Of a DNA stretch of 64,000 bases, positions 44,336 through 56,472 are shown piece after piece. Source of the stretch: Ascoidea asiatica JCM 7603 (lineage: Eukaryota > Fungi > Ascomycota); contig BCKQ01000023.1 in the NCBI GenBank assembly GCA_001600695.1, positions 40,940 through 104,939 on the forward strand. The letters run 5' to 3'. Position 1 is the first letter of the stretch, and every line of letters starts with the position of its first letter. The translations under genes were made by a program, and so were the position numbers. The notes under the pieces were generated by a model. It did not search any database. It saw nothing but the letters and a program-made list of their open reading frames with translations, and had not been told where the DNA came from.

Positions 44336-47300
44336 ATGGAGACAAAACCAAATTTTTTAAAGAAAGAATTTAATTCTTTGAGTTTAAATCATTCAAATCA
44401 ATTGAGATCTCCAAAACGAAAATCAGTATATTCTAAACCAATATCAAAATCCAAAAAAGAATTGAGGAACTTCAGAAAAAACCCAAACTCGAAGGAAATT
44501 CTCCAAAGACTTCAAAAGAGTGATAGTAATACTTACAATTTTAAACTTAGAGGTGCCTCAAATACTTCAGATGCTTCAAAAAGAAATTCCTCAGATACTT
44601 CAAACACACCAGTTAGTCTCGGAAGTTATGATATAGCAGACCAAACTAGTCAAAATCAAATCAGTAAAGCTGAAATAATTAACCAGGAACAGGCAAAAAC
44701 TATTTTTACTAGAAATGGAAAGGAAACTTCAACTATAGAACTTGACAGCTCTAGTCAGCCTTCAAAGAAAAATATCACATTAATTAAAAACAATAACAAT
44801 TCTTCTTCGATAGAAATTATACCGAATCATATAGGTGAAGATAAAAGACGCATGGATTTATGGACTGCTTCTAATGAAAAAAATGAAAAAAAGGAAAATA
44901 ATCTCAACAATTTTTCAAAAGATTCAAATAATCGTACCACATCAACTGAATCAAATGAGCCTTTTGAAAAAAAACTAAATGCGGAAAATATAACTAAAGA
45001 TAATTCAAATGGAAAACTTAAAACTTCTACTACTTTTGAAGATGAAAAAAATCATAATAATCTAGAATGTGGTAAAGATGAACTGAGAAATACCAAAAAT
45101 TATCCCATTTCAGCATATAATATCCCTATTATAAACAATACCGTTATGAAAGAAAGGGGTGAAGAACTTTCAGATGTACAAAATATTCAAAATGACTCTT
45201 TATATATAAATATGATTTCGAATAAAGGGGAATTAATCAGTGATAACAAAGAAACAATAAAATTTAATAATGATAATATCCAATCCAGTTCAAATAAACA
45301 TAATATTGAGGAAGATAAAGGATCTATAACTCCTCTTACGACAGATATATTTAAAGACTCAACTTCTAGCCAATTTAATCAAAATCCAAAGGAGAAACGC
45401 GGTCATTCTAATTTAAAACTTGAATTTCCTTGTGCAGAAATTAAATCATCAACCATAGAGAACTTGAAACCTATTGACACTCATAAAAGAAAAATAAATG
45501 AGGCTTTTCGAGGTGAAAATGATCCCCTTTCACCAATGCAAGCGGATTTTATCAACCAAACTGAAGTTGGAAACAAAATCATATCAAAGTCTTCTCATTT
45601 AAATTCCAAATTGCAAATTGGTGTTCCAGCCGAAATCAAGAAGCAAAAGATAGCTGCGGAGGCTGATGCCAATAAAAAAATATGTAAACAATCAAAGGCA
45701 ATTCAAAATCTTTCAACCTACTATAACCATTTGTCTACTATAGGATCTGATGTTGTACTATATTTTCATCTGATTGAATTCAATGGCTTTATCTATCCAA
45801 AAACGAGCAAGCAGAGGAACCCAAAACACACTAAAAAGAGAGGAAGGTATAAATTCAAATTTTCTAATAATAAGTTTTCTTTTGGTAGACGTTTTAAATT
45901 TTTGGATTGCAATATTCTTACAGACATATCATTTTTGGAATATACTGATAATTACTTAACATTGATATTTAAAAAACCTTTTGAATCTTCCTTCAGTTTC
46001 AAAACAAATCGGAATGCTCCTTTTAAAAAAGACTTCAAATCCATAAATATTTTTATTGAGAAATCCAGCATTGATCTTTATAAAAGTCTAATCCAGAGTC
46101 TTGAATTATATTTAAAGGAGAATATAAATGATAAAACTATTTTCCTCAAAATAAATCCCTCAGAAAGGGAAAAGGAATTAAATGATTTATTTAACCATTT
46201 TCCGACCCCTTCAATTGTTACAGAAAAATCAAACTCTATTTCCAAAACACTAATCCAATTAAGCAAACCCGAAACTGAATGCCTGAGAATTTCACAGTCC
46301 CTTAAAAAAATAAATGATGAGTCCGATGAAATTATAACACCATCTGTATTAGTTAAAGACATCAAAGAAAAATCTATTAAAGATACAAATACTTCAAACT
46401 GTAGTGAAATAGTCTGTGTTACTTTGAAAAATTTTTCGAATCCATTCAAATTTCCAGTACAATTGCAGGGAACTAAAATTCAGAAACCTCCCGAGAATGC
46501 TTCACCAAAACCAACAAAAAATAGGAAAGAATTAATGGATTCCAATGAATCATCTAGCTCATTACACCAGCCGATAATCTCCATGAATATCTCAAAAGAA
46601 GATCAGAATTTATTTTCAAATGAAAAAAATGCTGAATATTCGCAGCAAAAAGAAACAAAAGCATGTAAGTCTGACGAGATTTTTTCAGAAACAGAGAAGT
46701 CTTCTAATTTAACCAAAGAAAGACAAGAAATACAAGAAATACAGAGTGCCTCAAGCAAATCAATAATTTCTTCAAAAAGCTTCACAAATCTCCATTTTCT
46801 TGCCAGGGAAAGAACATTAAGATGCTCTTCTTTAATTAGTAAAGATTTTAGTTCTTTGAGCAATACTAAGACTTATCAAGGAAAAAATGCAAGAAAGAAA
46901 GCTAAAAATTCAAAAAAGAAAGCTAAAACAATAGAAATTTTAAAGGAGCTACCGTCAGATTCCGATTATACCCTGTTTGATACCACAGTCTTTGATACTA
47001 CAATGGTTGATTCTTCTATGACAAATATTGGCTCCAGTGTGATGGATTTTACCATGACAGATTCTTTAAGAGATGTAATGGATCATACTAAGAGTATAGA
47101 TGATAAAGTAAAAGAAAATAAGGAATCAATCCAGAATAATACTCTATCAAGTATAAGCAGTAATACTAGATCTCATAGAAAAATACAAGAGGAAAAATCC
47201 AATGAGGCGATAGAAAAACGAACATCTGAGGAAAATATAAATTTTAAAGATTCAGAGATTGTTTTGTATGCTCCTTTAGAATACAAATTTGAAGATAATA

Positions 47301-48259
47301 AATTAATGGTGATCAATAATACAGATTATAGATGTTTGATACCCAATGAATGGATTAACGACTCGTTGATTGATTTCTTTTTAAAGTTTTATCTTCAAAA
47401 GTCAATTGGAAATCTTTTGTGTAATAAAAATGACATTCATATATTTACGACTTTTTTCTTCACAAAACTATTAACAATTACTGAAGGCCGATATTTTGAA
47501 GCAATGAAAGGATGGGTAAGTAAAATTGATTTATTCAAATATAAATATATCATTTTTCCAGTCAATGAGAATTCTCATTGGTATGGTGTAATAATTTCAA
47601 ATTTATCTGATATTCTAGAAGAAAAGCAAATAAGCTGTTATGTTTATGATAGTCTTAATCTAAAGCATAAAAGTATTGATAGATTAAAACAATTTATTGT
47701 TCAATATGTGAAAGCTAACAAAAAGCTAGAAATTTCAAAAAAATTAATTAAAGTAAGAAACTGTGATGTTCCTAAACAAGATAATTATGTAGATTGTGGT
47801 GTTCATCTTATTTTTAATACTAAGATATTTTTGGAAGATCATAGAGCATGTCTTAATTTTTGGAATTCTTTCAAGCATCCACAACAATCCAAAAAGACAC
47901 TTTTTCCAAAGACAGAACGTGATCTATTTAGGAATGAACTTAGAGAAACATTAGACTCATTACAAAAAGCTCAAAACGTAAATGTTTCGTTGTCTAATCT
48001 GAATGAAAATGCGAATTTAGATACTTCAGGTGATGAAAGTGAGTATGTAGAGATACTTGAAACAATTAAAGATCCAATAACCAAAGAATCTGATATTAAT
48101 CATTCGGATATCAAAAATAATGCCTTTAGTAGTATTAACAACAATGATGATAACCAGCAATATAGCTCTGCTGTTCTACATAATGAAGAAAAAAATAATT
48201 TACACATTGCTATATCGACGGATATTAATTTGAAGTCTAAGGAAGAATACTCAAATTGA
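44336..48259 (+). CDS. ULP2: Ulp2-like SUMO protease (peptidase C48), long paralog
   Basis: WINDSLIDFF, FPVNENSHW, VYDSL, QDNYVDCG; long disordered N-terminus; SIM-like DESEYVEILE in the tail. Confidence 0.85.
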   Translation: METKPNFLKKEFNSLSLNHSNQLRSPKRKSVYSKPISKSKKELRNFRKNPNSKEILQRLQKSDSNTYNFKLRGASNTSDASKRNSSDTSNTPVSLGSYDIADQTSQNQISKAEIINQEQAKTIFTRNGKETSTIELDSSSQPSKKNITLIKNNNNSSSIEIIPNHIGEDKRRMDLWTASNEKNEKKENNLNNFSKDSNNRTTSTESNEPFEKKLNAENITKDNSNGKLKTSTTFEDEKNHNNLECGKDELRNTKNYPISAYNIPIINNTVMKERGEELSDVQNIQNDSLYINMISNKGELISDNKETIKFNNDNIQSSSNKHNIEEDKGSITPLTTDIFKDSTSSQFNQNPKEKRGHSNLKLEFPCAEIKSSTIENLKPIDTHKRKINEAFRGENDPLSPMQADFINQTEVGNKIISKSSHLNSKLQIGVPAEIKKQKIAAEADANKKICKQSKAIQNLSTYYNHLSTIGSDVVLYFHLIEFNGFIYPKTSKQRNPKHTKKRGRYKFKFSNNKFSFGRRFKFLDCNILTDISFLEYTDNYLTLIFKKPFESSFSFKTNRNAPFKKDFKSINIFIEKSSIDLYKSLIQSLELYLKENINDKTIFLKINPSEREKELNDLFNHFPTPSIVTEKSNSISKTLIQLSKPETECLRISQSLKKINDESDEIITPSVLVKDIKEKSIKDTNTSNCSEIVCVTLKNFSNPFKFPVQLQGTKIQKPPENASPKPTKNRKELMDSNESSSSLHQPIISMNISKEDQNLFSNEKNAEYSQQKETKACKSDEIFSETEKSSNLTKERQEIQEIQSASSKSIISSKSFTNLHFLARERTLRCSSLISKDFSSLSNTKTYQGKNARKKAKNSKKKAKTIEILKELPSDSDYTLFDTTVFDTTMVDSSMTNIGSSVMDFTMTDSLRDVMDHTKSIDDKVKENKESIQNNTLSSISSNTRSHRKIQEEKSNEAIEKRTSEENINFKDSEIVLYAPLEYKFEDNKLMVINNTDYRCLIPNEWINDSLIDFFLKFYLQKSIGNLLCNKNDIHIFTTFFFTKLLTITEGRYFEAMKGWVSKIDLFKYKYIIFPVNENSHWYGVIISNLSDILEEKQISCYVYDSLNLKHKSIDRLKQFIVQYVKANKKLEISKKLIKVRNCDVPKQDNYVDCGVHLIFNTKIFLEDHRACLNFWNSFKHPQQSKKTLFPKTERDLFRNELRETLDSLQKAQNVNVSLSNLNENANLDTSGDESEYVEILETIKDPITKESDINHSDIKNNAFSSINNNDDNQQYSSAVLHNEEKNNLHIAISTDINLKSKEEYSN

Positions 48260-49648
48260 AAGATTAGGTAAAATACAGAATTATCAAATAAAAAAAAATT
48301 TAATTCAAAAGAAGATCAAAGTTTAATTGTGACAGTTGATTATTTTGATTATATTAGATAAATGCATTCTATTTTTGATAGATGAGTTTCAAAACCCTAG
48401 GCTAATAAAATCTAGTTGATAAGTTGGGTAACAATGTGTAGAAAGTGATCATTTTTATACCTCATATTCATAAATATAACTAGCAAATTGTAACAGCTCC
48501 ATTAGTATTGAGATTCAAAAGACAGTAGGCAATTTACAGTCTACTAATATTATAGCCAAACTTGCTTTAAACCTCAAAATAGGTCGCTCTTATATCATTA
48601 TTTTTATTTTTATTTTTATTTTTATTTTCATTTTCATTTTCATTTTCATTATTGTTTTCGTTTTTGTTCTTATTTCTTTATTGCATTTTATTTTTCTGCT
48701 AGATTTTTGTTCTTTTATAGTTGTGTTCTTATTTCCTATAGATTGTCATTTTTTTCTAGTTTAAATTGCAATAGTAGCTATAAATCTATGCCAACAAAGT
48801 GATGTTATTGTTTTTTTCCTTTCTTTACTTTCTGGTACTTCTGGTGCTTTATCTCAAGTTTGGCTCTGTTTCCTGCCGTAGTCCGGAAACATCCGCCAAT
48901 TGTTGTCAGCAGACTTCTGTACAATATGACGTCTAAACGCAGATACAAACGTTTTACAGTTTATAGGACAAGATGTTAGTGAACCGACCTATCTGCCCTG
49001 TAAACTTGAAATTTGCGTCCCACATCATTTTGTACCACACCTCTTTCCTAAACCCCTGGACTGGACCCCATCCTTGACCGTATTTGTCCTTGCTTCTGTC
49101 CCATTTCCCGCTTCTTACTGTGCTTCTGATTTTTCACCCTCTCATCGATCTTCGCCCACAAAAGAAGCTCTTGAATTCTCGTGTCAGCTTAACATTGGAG
49201 TTTCTGCTTCTTCTGCTTTCAGGCACACCTCATTTATATTTCCTTTTGGATTCGAATATTTTTTATTTACCAAATAAAGTATCTTTATTTTCCACTAATT
49301 TGTTCTAAAAAATTCTGAATATTATCATCTTATACTACTTTTTACTTTTTAAATATAATTTGTCTTTAGAATCTTTCTAAATAATTAATCCGGTCAAATA
49401 AAGTTTTTTTTCCTATTCAATTTACCAATTCTTTTCACTATCTTTTATATCAATAAGTAAAAGCTAATCTCGACAACAAATCAATCTGTTTTGCATGATT
49501 TTCTTTTTTTTGTCTTTTTTATAAACTACGATCAATTCAATTATTCAATATTCCTAAAAATTTCTTATTTTTCTCATTGTTACTAAACTCATTTTTTATA
49601 CTAATCATTTCTGTTTATTTTACTATTTTTATTTAACCAAAATCCAAT

Positions 49649-51574
49649 ATGTCTTCAAGAAAAACTTTACCAGGTGTAAGATCAACTTCACCATTAAATT
49701 CATCAGCATCTCCTATTTCTTCTCAATCTTCATCTGAAATAGATCCTTTAAATCATATTACTTTTGAACCTTGTTTTCATTTGTCTAGAGTTTTGCTATC
49801 AAATGCTAAAAAAACAATTTTAGAGCAATACTCTTTAGCTGTTAAAATTTCAATGATATCTCTGTTAACTTTATCTTCAAAATCTTCTAATAATCAGAAT
49901 AATAATCAGAATAATAATCAAAATAATAATCAAAATGGTATTCATAAAAGCTCTTCTTCAAATAATAGCAATAACAGTAATAATATCAATACAACTTTAT
50001 GTTTTATTCAAAAAGGTAAAGATCCAAAAATTAAAAAAAACCTAATAATGGCAAATAAAGTTATAAAACTAAAATCAAAAGTTTTATGCTGTTCAGATTC
50101 AAATTGTAAATCTTATATTGGTTTGAAATTTATGTGTTTACAATGTTCTCATATTGGTTGCTTTAATAAGAATCATGCTTTAAATCATTCTCAATTAACT
50201 AATCATATGTTCGCGATTTGTTCCAGTTCTGCAAATATGTTTTGTTTTAATTGTAAAACATATGTTGGTGATCCAATCTTAGAAAAAATTAGAATTAAAA
50301 ACTTTAAATCTTGGAGTAAATATACAAATTTAAATCTGTTGAATTTATTTTATAATCATTCTGGTTTACCAATATATTCAACTCCTTTTGATAATCAATT
50401 ATATAATGATAATAATGTTTTACTAGTTGAAAAATATTCTCATTTACCTTCTTTTAAAGCTTCAACAGGTTTAAAAGGTTTTATAAATATGGGTTCAACA
50501 TGTTTTATGAGTACAATTTTACAAACTTTAATTCATAATCCTTTTATAAGAAATTATTTTTTAAGTGGAGTTCATGAAAAGTGTATTAAAAAAAATTTTA
50601 ATGATTCTTCTTGTTTAACTTGTGCCATCGATGAAATTTTTTCTAATTTTTTTACATCAAATTCAACTACTGGCTTTGGTTTAACTAATTTTTTAAGTTC
50701 TGCTTGGAAATCAAATAAATCTCTTGCAGGTTATTCAGAACAAGATGCTCATGAATTTTGGCAATTTATTGTTGATGAATTTCACAAAAATCATGTTTTT
50801 AATAAACAACGAAGTACTTTATTAAATAATACTGCTAATAATGATACAAAATTTAAATATAATGAAGATGGTGAAAAAATCTTAAATCATAGAGATTCAA
50901 TAACTTCTTTATTATCTTCTTCTGATTGTGAATGTATAACTCATAAAACTTTTGCTGGTAGTTTACAAAGTTCAATAAAATGTTCTGAATGTAAAAATAT
51001 AACTTATACTTTAGATCCAATGCTTGATTTATCTCTTGAAATTTCACCATTTAAAACAACTGTTTTAACAAAAACTGGAAAACCAAGTAAAGCTGTCAAT
51101 ATCAATAATAGTGCTTCGTTAAATGATTGCTTAGATTTATTTACTAACCCAGAAAGTTTAGATGTTAAATATGAATGTGGTAATTGTAAAGAAAGAACTT
51201 CTGCCACTAAAAAATTAACAATAAAAAAATTACCTCCTGTTCTCACTATTCAATTGAAAAGATTTGAACATTTTGGTACATCTTCAAGCAAACTTGATAT
51301 TCATATAAGATTTCCTTTCTTATTAGATATGGGAAAATATACAACAAATGATGGTAAAGATCCAATCGATCACTTGGGTACTAATACTTATGAATTGTTT
51401 GCAATAGTTTCTCATGTTGGATCAGTGAATACTGGTCATTATATTGCAATGATCAAAGACAGCACTGGCCAATGGTTGAAATTTGATGATTCTGTTGTTA
51501 CTGCAATAACTCAAAAAGAAGTTCTTTCAACTAAAGCATATCTCTTATTTTATATTATACATCAATTCCCTTGA
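49649..51574 (+). CDS. UBP8: SAGA deubiquitinase Ubp8 (USP22-like)
   Basis: ZnF-UBP (CLQCSHIGC...CFNC), Cys box GFINMGSTCFMS, QDAHEF, His box GSVNTGHY. Confidence 0.93.
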   Translation: MSSRKTLPGVRSTSPLNSSASPISSQSSSEIDPLNHITFEPCFHLSRVLLSNAKKTILEQYSLAVKISMISLLTLSSKSSNNQNNNQNNNQNNNQNGIHKSSSSNNSNNSNNINTTLCFIQKGKDPKIKKNLIMANKVIKLKSKVLCCSDSNCKSYIGLKFMCLQCSHIGCFNKNHALNHSQLTNHMFAICSSSANMFCFNCKTYVGDPILEKIRIKNFKSWSKYTNLNLLNLFYNHSGLPIYSTPFDNQLYNDNNVLLVEKYSHLPSFKASTGLKGFINMGSTCFMSTILQTLIHNPFIRNYFLSGVHEKCIKKNFNDSSCLTCAIDEIFSNFFTSNSTTGFGLTNFLSSAWKSNKSLAGYSEQDAHEFWQFIVDEFHKNHVFNKQRSTLLNNTANNDTKFKYNEDGEKILNHRDSITSLLSSSDCECITHKTFAGSLQSSIKCSECKNITYTLDPMLDLSLEISPFKTTVLTKTGKPSKAVNINNSASLNDCLDLFTNPESLDVKYECGNCKERTSATKKLTIKKLPPVLTIQLKRFEHFGTSSSKLDIHIRFPFLLDMGKYTTNDGKDPIDHLGTNTYELFAIVSHVGSVNTGHYIAMIKDSTGQWLKFDDSVVTAITQKEVLSTKAYLLFYIIHQFP

Positions 51575-51851
51575 AATGTTTACCCTAATAAATCTTTTTT
51601 AAAAAAAAAGTAAGATTATTTACTTCCTTTGATTACTTTATATTATTCTCAAAATCTTCTCTTCAAATTGAACAAAACTGCATTTTTTATTTTTTTTTTT
51701 AACTTCATCAAAAACAATCAACAATGGATAAATTATTTTCTCATTAATTCTTTCCTATATGATATATTAACTATATTATATAGATTTTTACGAGCTTAAA
51801 CTACCTATAACTAGCATATTACAAAAAAAATGAAATAGAAATAAAAGATTA

Positions 51852-53621
51852 TTATAAACTATACTTGAAGTATGGGCTCTTATCTCCCATTTCATAAAGA
51901 TCAATAGAAGAGTAATTATCGTATTTTCCTTTTTTGATATTTTCTTCATCTATTTTGTTAATTTTATTATAGGCAAACACAAGAATTAATAAACTGACTA
52001 CTCCAATTCCAACGAACCCCAATTCCAAAGAGTGGCCCAAAATAAAATGAGGTGAATCTTGACTTCTATAGAAGTTAGAAGAAAATGCCCCTCCAAAATT
52101 TCCCATGCCAATATGAAATGCCATTCCAATAGCTCTTTTATAATCCCCTTCTAGATTGTTAGCTAACCAGGAAACAACTCCAGCAAAAGCCGGGTTACTA
52201 CCACAAGCAACTAAGAAAATTCCTGCATATATTGCTCCTGGCTTATCATTAACATCAACTCCAATACAAACTGAATAGCCAATTATTATAATTATGAAAC
52301 TAAATAAAATAAAAGGAGATCTTTTTTTAGCTTTGTCTGATAATAGACCTTGTACAACACAAACAACAGAAGCTGTGAAATAAATCGGAATTGTTAATAA
52401 TTGGGCTTTTGCATTGGTATAGCCGAGTGTTTTGATAATGGTTGGTAAGAATAATGAAACGCCATAATTTGGGCAACATGAAGCATAATAAACCAATATA
52501 TGGAGATATATTTGCCAATCTGAAAGGGCCTGTTTAAGATATTTTCGTGCTGGATGTTTGGTTAATTCTTCTCTTTTTTTAATTTCATTGAGTAGGTCTT
52601 CTCTAATTTTAATCTGGCTATTTGTTTCACATTCTTTCACTGATAAATTCTCAAGACCCGGTATTGTAGTTTTTCTGTCGTTATCTAGACGCTTTATAAC
52701 ATATGCTCTTTCTTTTTCTGTTAAAAATGTAGCTGTGTCTGGATAATCATGTAGGAAATAAAAGGCTGACAATGCAACAAGCACTGTTAGCAAACCTTCC
52801 AAAATAAAAATCCATTTAAATCCTCTTAAACCTCCAATACCATCCATTTTAGCAATAGCAAAGGCTAAAAGCCCACTAAAAGCGCCGGCAATTGTAGCAG
52901 CTGAATAAAACATTGCTTGTCTATATTGGATTTCATCACGACAGTACCATTGAGTTAAATAATATGCAACACCTGGAAATAAACCTGCTTCTGCTACACC
53001 TAAGAAGAATCTAGCTGCGAATAAACCCGCGAAATTATGACAAAGTCCCATCAAAGTCATTATACCACCCCAAATTACCATTATAGTAGCTAACCAATAT
53101 GATGGTCTTGTTTTTTTCAAAATAATGTTTGCAGGGACTTCAAATACAGTGTATGTGATGAAGAAAATAGTCAAACATATATTATATTGGTTTCCATGTA
53201 AATTCAAATCTTCAACAAGTCCTTCAATTTTAGCGTTACCAATATTACCTCTATCCAAATACGCCAATAGGTATAATAAAGTCAACATTGGAAGCAAATG
53301 TAGATCTAATTTTCTTAACAATTTTTTTTCATTGATATCAGAAAATTCATAATCTACATTTATTGAGGTACCATCTTCTGCAGCTAAACTGGTTTCTGAA
53401 ACATTATTAATATTTTTATCCTCTTTATCGGAATCATTAATCAAAATATCATCCATTCTTAAATGTTTGGATTTTTTACCAGTAACAACTGTGGTGGAAG
53501 TAGTAGTATTAGTGATAAAACTTGTAAAGTTATTTGTTGTGTTTATAGACTCGGCATTTATAGTTGATTTTGAATCTCGTTTTTCAGCTAAATTTGTATC
53601 GTATAGTGTTTCGTTCTCCAT
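51852..53621 (-). CDS. MFS anion:cation symporter family permease (Tna1/Dal5-like), copy 1
   Basis: LLRKLD, LDRGNIGNAK, AEAGLFPG, KWIFILEG, LGHSLELG, MGDKSPYFKY. Confidence 0.92.
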   Translation of the reverse strand: MENETLYDTNLAEKRDSKSTINAESINTTNNFTSFITNTTTSTTVVTGKKSKHLRMDDILINDSDKEDKNINNVSETSLAAEDGTSINVDYEFSDINEKKLLRKLDLHLLPMLTLLYLLAYLDRGNIGNAKIEGLVEDLNLHGNQYNICLTIFFITYTVFEVPANIILKKTRPSYWLATIMVIWGGIMTLMGLCHNFAGLFAARFFLGVAEAGLFPGVAYYLTQWYCRDEIQYRQAMFYSAATIAGAFSGLLAFAIAKMDGIGGLRGFKWIFILEGLLTVLVALSAFYFLHDYPDTATFLTEKERAYVIKRLDNDRKTTIPGLENLSVKECETNSQIKIREDLLNEIKKREELTKHPARKYLKQALSDWQIYLHILVYYASCCPNYGVSLFLPTIIKTLGYTNAKAQLLTIPIYFTASVVCVVQGLLSDKAKKRSPFILFSFIIIIIGYSVCIGVDVNDKPGAIYAGIFLVACGSNPAFAGVVSWLANNLEGDYKRAIGMAFHIGMGNFGGAFSSNFYRSQDSPHFILGHSLELGFVGIGVVSLLILVFAYNKINKIDEENIKKGKYDNYSSIDLYEMGDKSPYFKYSL

Positions 53622-54765
53622 CTAAATATCTTTTTTGTAGAATTATTATTTCAATTTAAAATACAAAAGAATAAATCAACTTTAAATAGGTTGTTAAAAT
53701 AATTTATTTATTCAAAAGTTAAAATTTTATTGAATAGAAAAGAATCGGAAAAATAATTTACTTTTTTTTAAAAAAAAAGAAGATATTCTGATATTTATAT
53801 TCTTTATATACAGTGAAACAATTTTATGATACGGGGTGGGTTATATATAAGTGAAAGCTATCAATGCATTCTTATCATTCTTTCAATTAAAAAATGGGAA
53901 TAATTGAAGAGTATCTTTTCCACATTTTTTTTTGTATTATAAAGAGCAAGGGAAATTAATATGGTTAAGTTTAAATAAGAAAACTAAAGTTATAAAATAA
54001 TTTGTGGGTTAAATTTCACAATAAACAGTAGTTAGTAATAATATAGAAAATATTGTTAGATCCAGCTATCGAATTGAAAACAATTAAGTATATAAAAGTC
54101 GGTTTTATTCCTTGACTTTAGTTCACTTTAGAGCTTCATTAAAAAGATGATAAGTTTTCAACTTAAGATATCATAATAGAGTAGTATTTATGATAATTTA
54201 TATCCGAGTTTCAAATAAAGATGAAAATCCAAATAGCATATTAAAGTATAATTGAGCTTGAAATTGTTTTTTTTGAAGTATTTCACTGCATTTATAGTCA
54301 TAAATTGAAGTGAACTAATTCAGATTCTCCACTAATTATGACCTAATATTGATCTGAATTCAATATCAATATCAGATCATTTTTTTCTAAATCAAATTTC
54401 GGATGTTTTATATCCAACAGAATCTAATGAAATGACAATTCTGATAAACATATAATTTCAATATGTTATCGAAATTATTCTTTCCATAGCTACAAATAAC
54501 AGTTTAGGGATTATTCCGACTGGTTTATAATGCGATTTAATGCTTAAAGCATGCACTTCAAAGCTTAAATTGTTAGCGTGAGTGTCTGTAGGGCTTAGCT
54601 CTGCCCTGCATAATCAAGAACTCTACTGCATCTCGCTCTTATGGAAAACAAATGAGATTATATTTAAAAATTATTATAAAGGAAAAATAAAAGAAAAAAG
54701 AAAAAGTAAACTTAAAGTAAGAACATATTTTACTTATAAAGAAAAAAACAAGAGTCTAAAACTAT

Positions 54766-56472
54766 CTAAAGACTGTATTTGAAAAAAGGACTCTTATTAC
54801 CCATTTCTGCTAAAACTTTTGGATCAACGTTATCATATTTACCATTAGCAATATCTTTTTCATTTTGAGAATTGATTTTTGAATATAATGCAACCAATAT
54901 GAATAAAGATATCATACCTAAAAGAATAAATCCTAATTCTAATGAATGTCCCATAATATATTTTGGGGAATCTTGACTTCTATAAAAATTTGAAGCAAAT
55001 GCACCTCCGAAGTTTCCCATACCTATGTGAATGGCCATTCCAATTGCTCTTTTATAATCACCAGCTAGATTATTAGCCAACCAAGTTACCATTCCAGGGA
55101 ATGCAGGATTACAACCAATAGCAACTAAAAATATACCAGCATAAATTGCCCCTGGCTTTTCAGTAACATCAACTCCAATACAAACCGAATAACCAATAAT
55201 CATTAAAAACATCGATAATAATATAAATGGCGATCTCATTTTCATTCTATCTGATAACCAAGATTGAGTCACAGCAACTACTGAAGCAGTAATGTAAATT
55301 GGAACAGTTAATAATTGAGCTTGAGCAGATGAATAACCTAAAGTTCTAATAATTGTTGGCAAAAATAAAGAAACTCCATATATTGGACAACAAGCAGCAT
55401 AATAAACTATAATATGTAAATAGATTTGCCAATCCAATAAAGCCTGTTTGAGATATTTAAGACTTGATTCATTTTCTGGTTTAGTTTCTGATTGATTAGT
55501 ATTACTAATAATATTATTATCTTCTTCTTTTTTCTGTTCAATATCAGTATTATTATTAGTATTTGAATAGTTTAAACCAGAATGATCACCGTCTTTTCGT
55601 AATCTTTCAATAACATAAGCTCTTTCTTCATCTGTTAGAAACTTAGCAGTTTCTGGATAATCATATAATAAAAATAAAGATAAAATTGCAATCACAACAG
55701 TTAAAATTCCTTCAAGAATAAAAATCCACTTGAACCCTCTTAAACCTGCAATTCCATCCATTTTTGCAATACCAAAAGCTAATATTCCACTAAAGGCTCC
55801 AGCAATTGTAGCAGCTGCAAAAAACATTGCTTGCCTGAATTGAATCTCATGTCTACAATACCATTGTGTTAAGTAATAGGCAATTCCAGGATATAATCCT
55901 GCTTCTGCAACACCTAAAAAGAATCTAGCTGCAAATAAACCTGCAAAATTATGACAAAGACCCATTAAAGTCATTACAATACCCCAGGCAATCATTATTG
56001 AAGGTAACCAAATTGAAGGTCTTGTCTTTTTTAAAATCATATTTGCAGGAACTTCAAAAATAGTATAGCTTATAAAAAAAATTGTTAAACATATATTATA
56101 TTGATTTCCATGTAAATTCAAATCTTCAACAAGTCCTTCAATTTTAGCATTACCAATATTACCTCTATCTAAGAAAGCTAAAAGATATAAGACAGCTAAT
56201 ATTGGAATTAAATGAATATCTAATTTTCTCAACAATTTTTTTTCATCAATATCATTTTTTGTATTATAAGTATTTATGTCAGTGATATTTGTATTGTTAT
56301 TATTATTATTATCATTTGTAGTTAGATAAAAAGTTTTTCTATCCGTATTTAAAGAATTTGTGTCAAAAGAAGATTTTGTATATTCTTTTTCAATTGTAGT
56401 TGAAGAATCCAATTTAGTTAACTCTTTTGTTTTTAAATCATTTGAATTAATTGAATTGATATCTTGAGTCAT
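54766..56472 (-). CDS. MFS anion:cation symporter family permease (Tna1/Dal5-like), copy 2
   Basis: Same motifs as copy 1; tandem paralog. Confidence 0.92.
   Translation of the reverse strand: MTQDINSINSNDLKTKELTKLDSSTTIEKEYTKSSFDTNSLNTDRKTFYLTTNDNNNNNNTNITDINTYNTKNDIDEKKLLRKLDIHLIPILAVLYLLAFLDRGNIGNAKIEGLVEDLNLHGNQYNICLTIFFISYTIFEVPANMILKKTRPSIWLPSIMIAWGIVMTLMGLCHNFAGLFAARFFLGVAEAGLYPGIAYYLTQWYCRHEIQFRQAMFFAAATIAGAFSGILAFGIAKMDGIAGLRGFKWIFILEGILTVVIAILSLFLLYDYPETAKFLTDEERAYVIERLRKDGDHSGLNYSNTNNNTDIEQKKEEDNNIISNTNQSETKPENESSLKYLKQALLDWQIYLHIIVYYAACCPIYGVSLFLPTIIRTLGYSSAQAQLLTVPIYITASVVAVTQSWLSDRMKMRSPFILLSMFLMIIGYSVCIGVDVTEKPGAIYAGIFLVAIGCNPAFPGMVTWLANNLAGDYKRAIGMAIHIGMGNFGGAFASNFYRSQDSPKYIMGHSLELGFILLGMISLFILVALYSKINSQNEKDIANGKYDNVDPKVLAEMGNKSPFFKYSL

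Noticed and set aside
11792-51574. Apparent cluster of ubiquitin-like pathway genes (SAD1, CAND1, two ULPs, UBP8)
   Set aside because: Different pathways interspersed with unrelated genes; no evidence of co-regulation.
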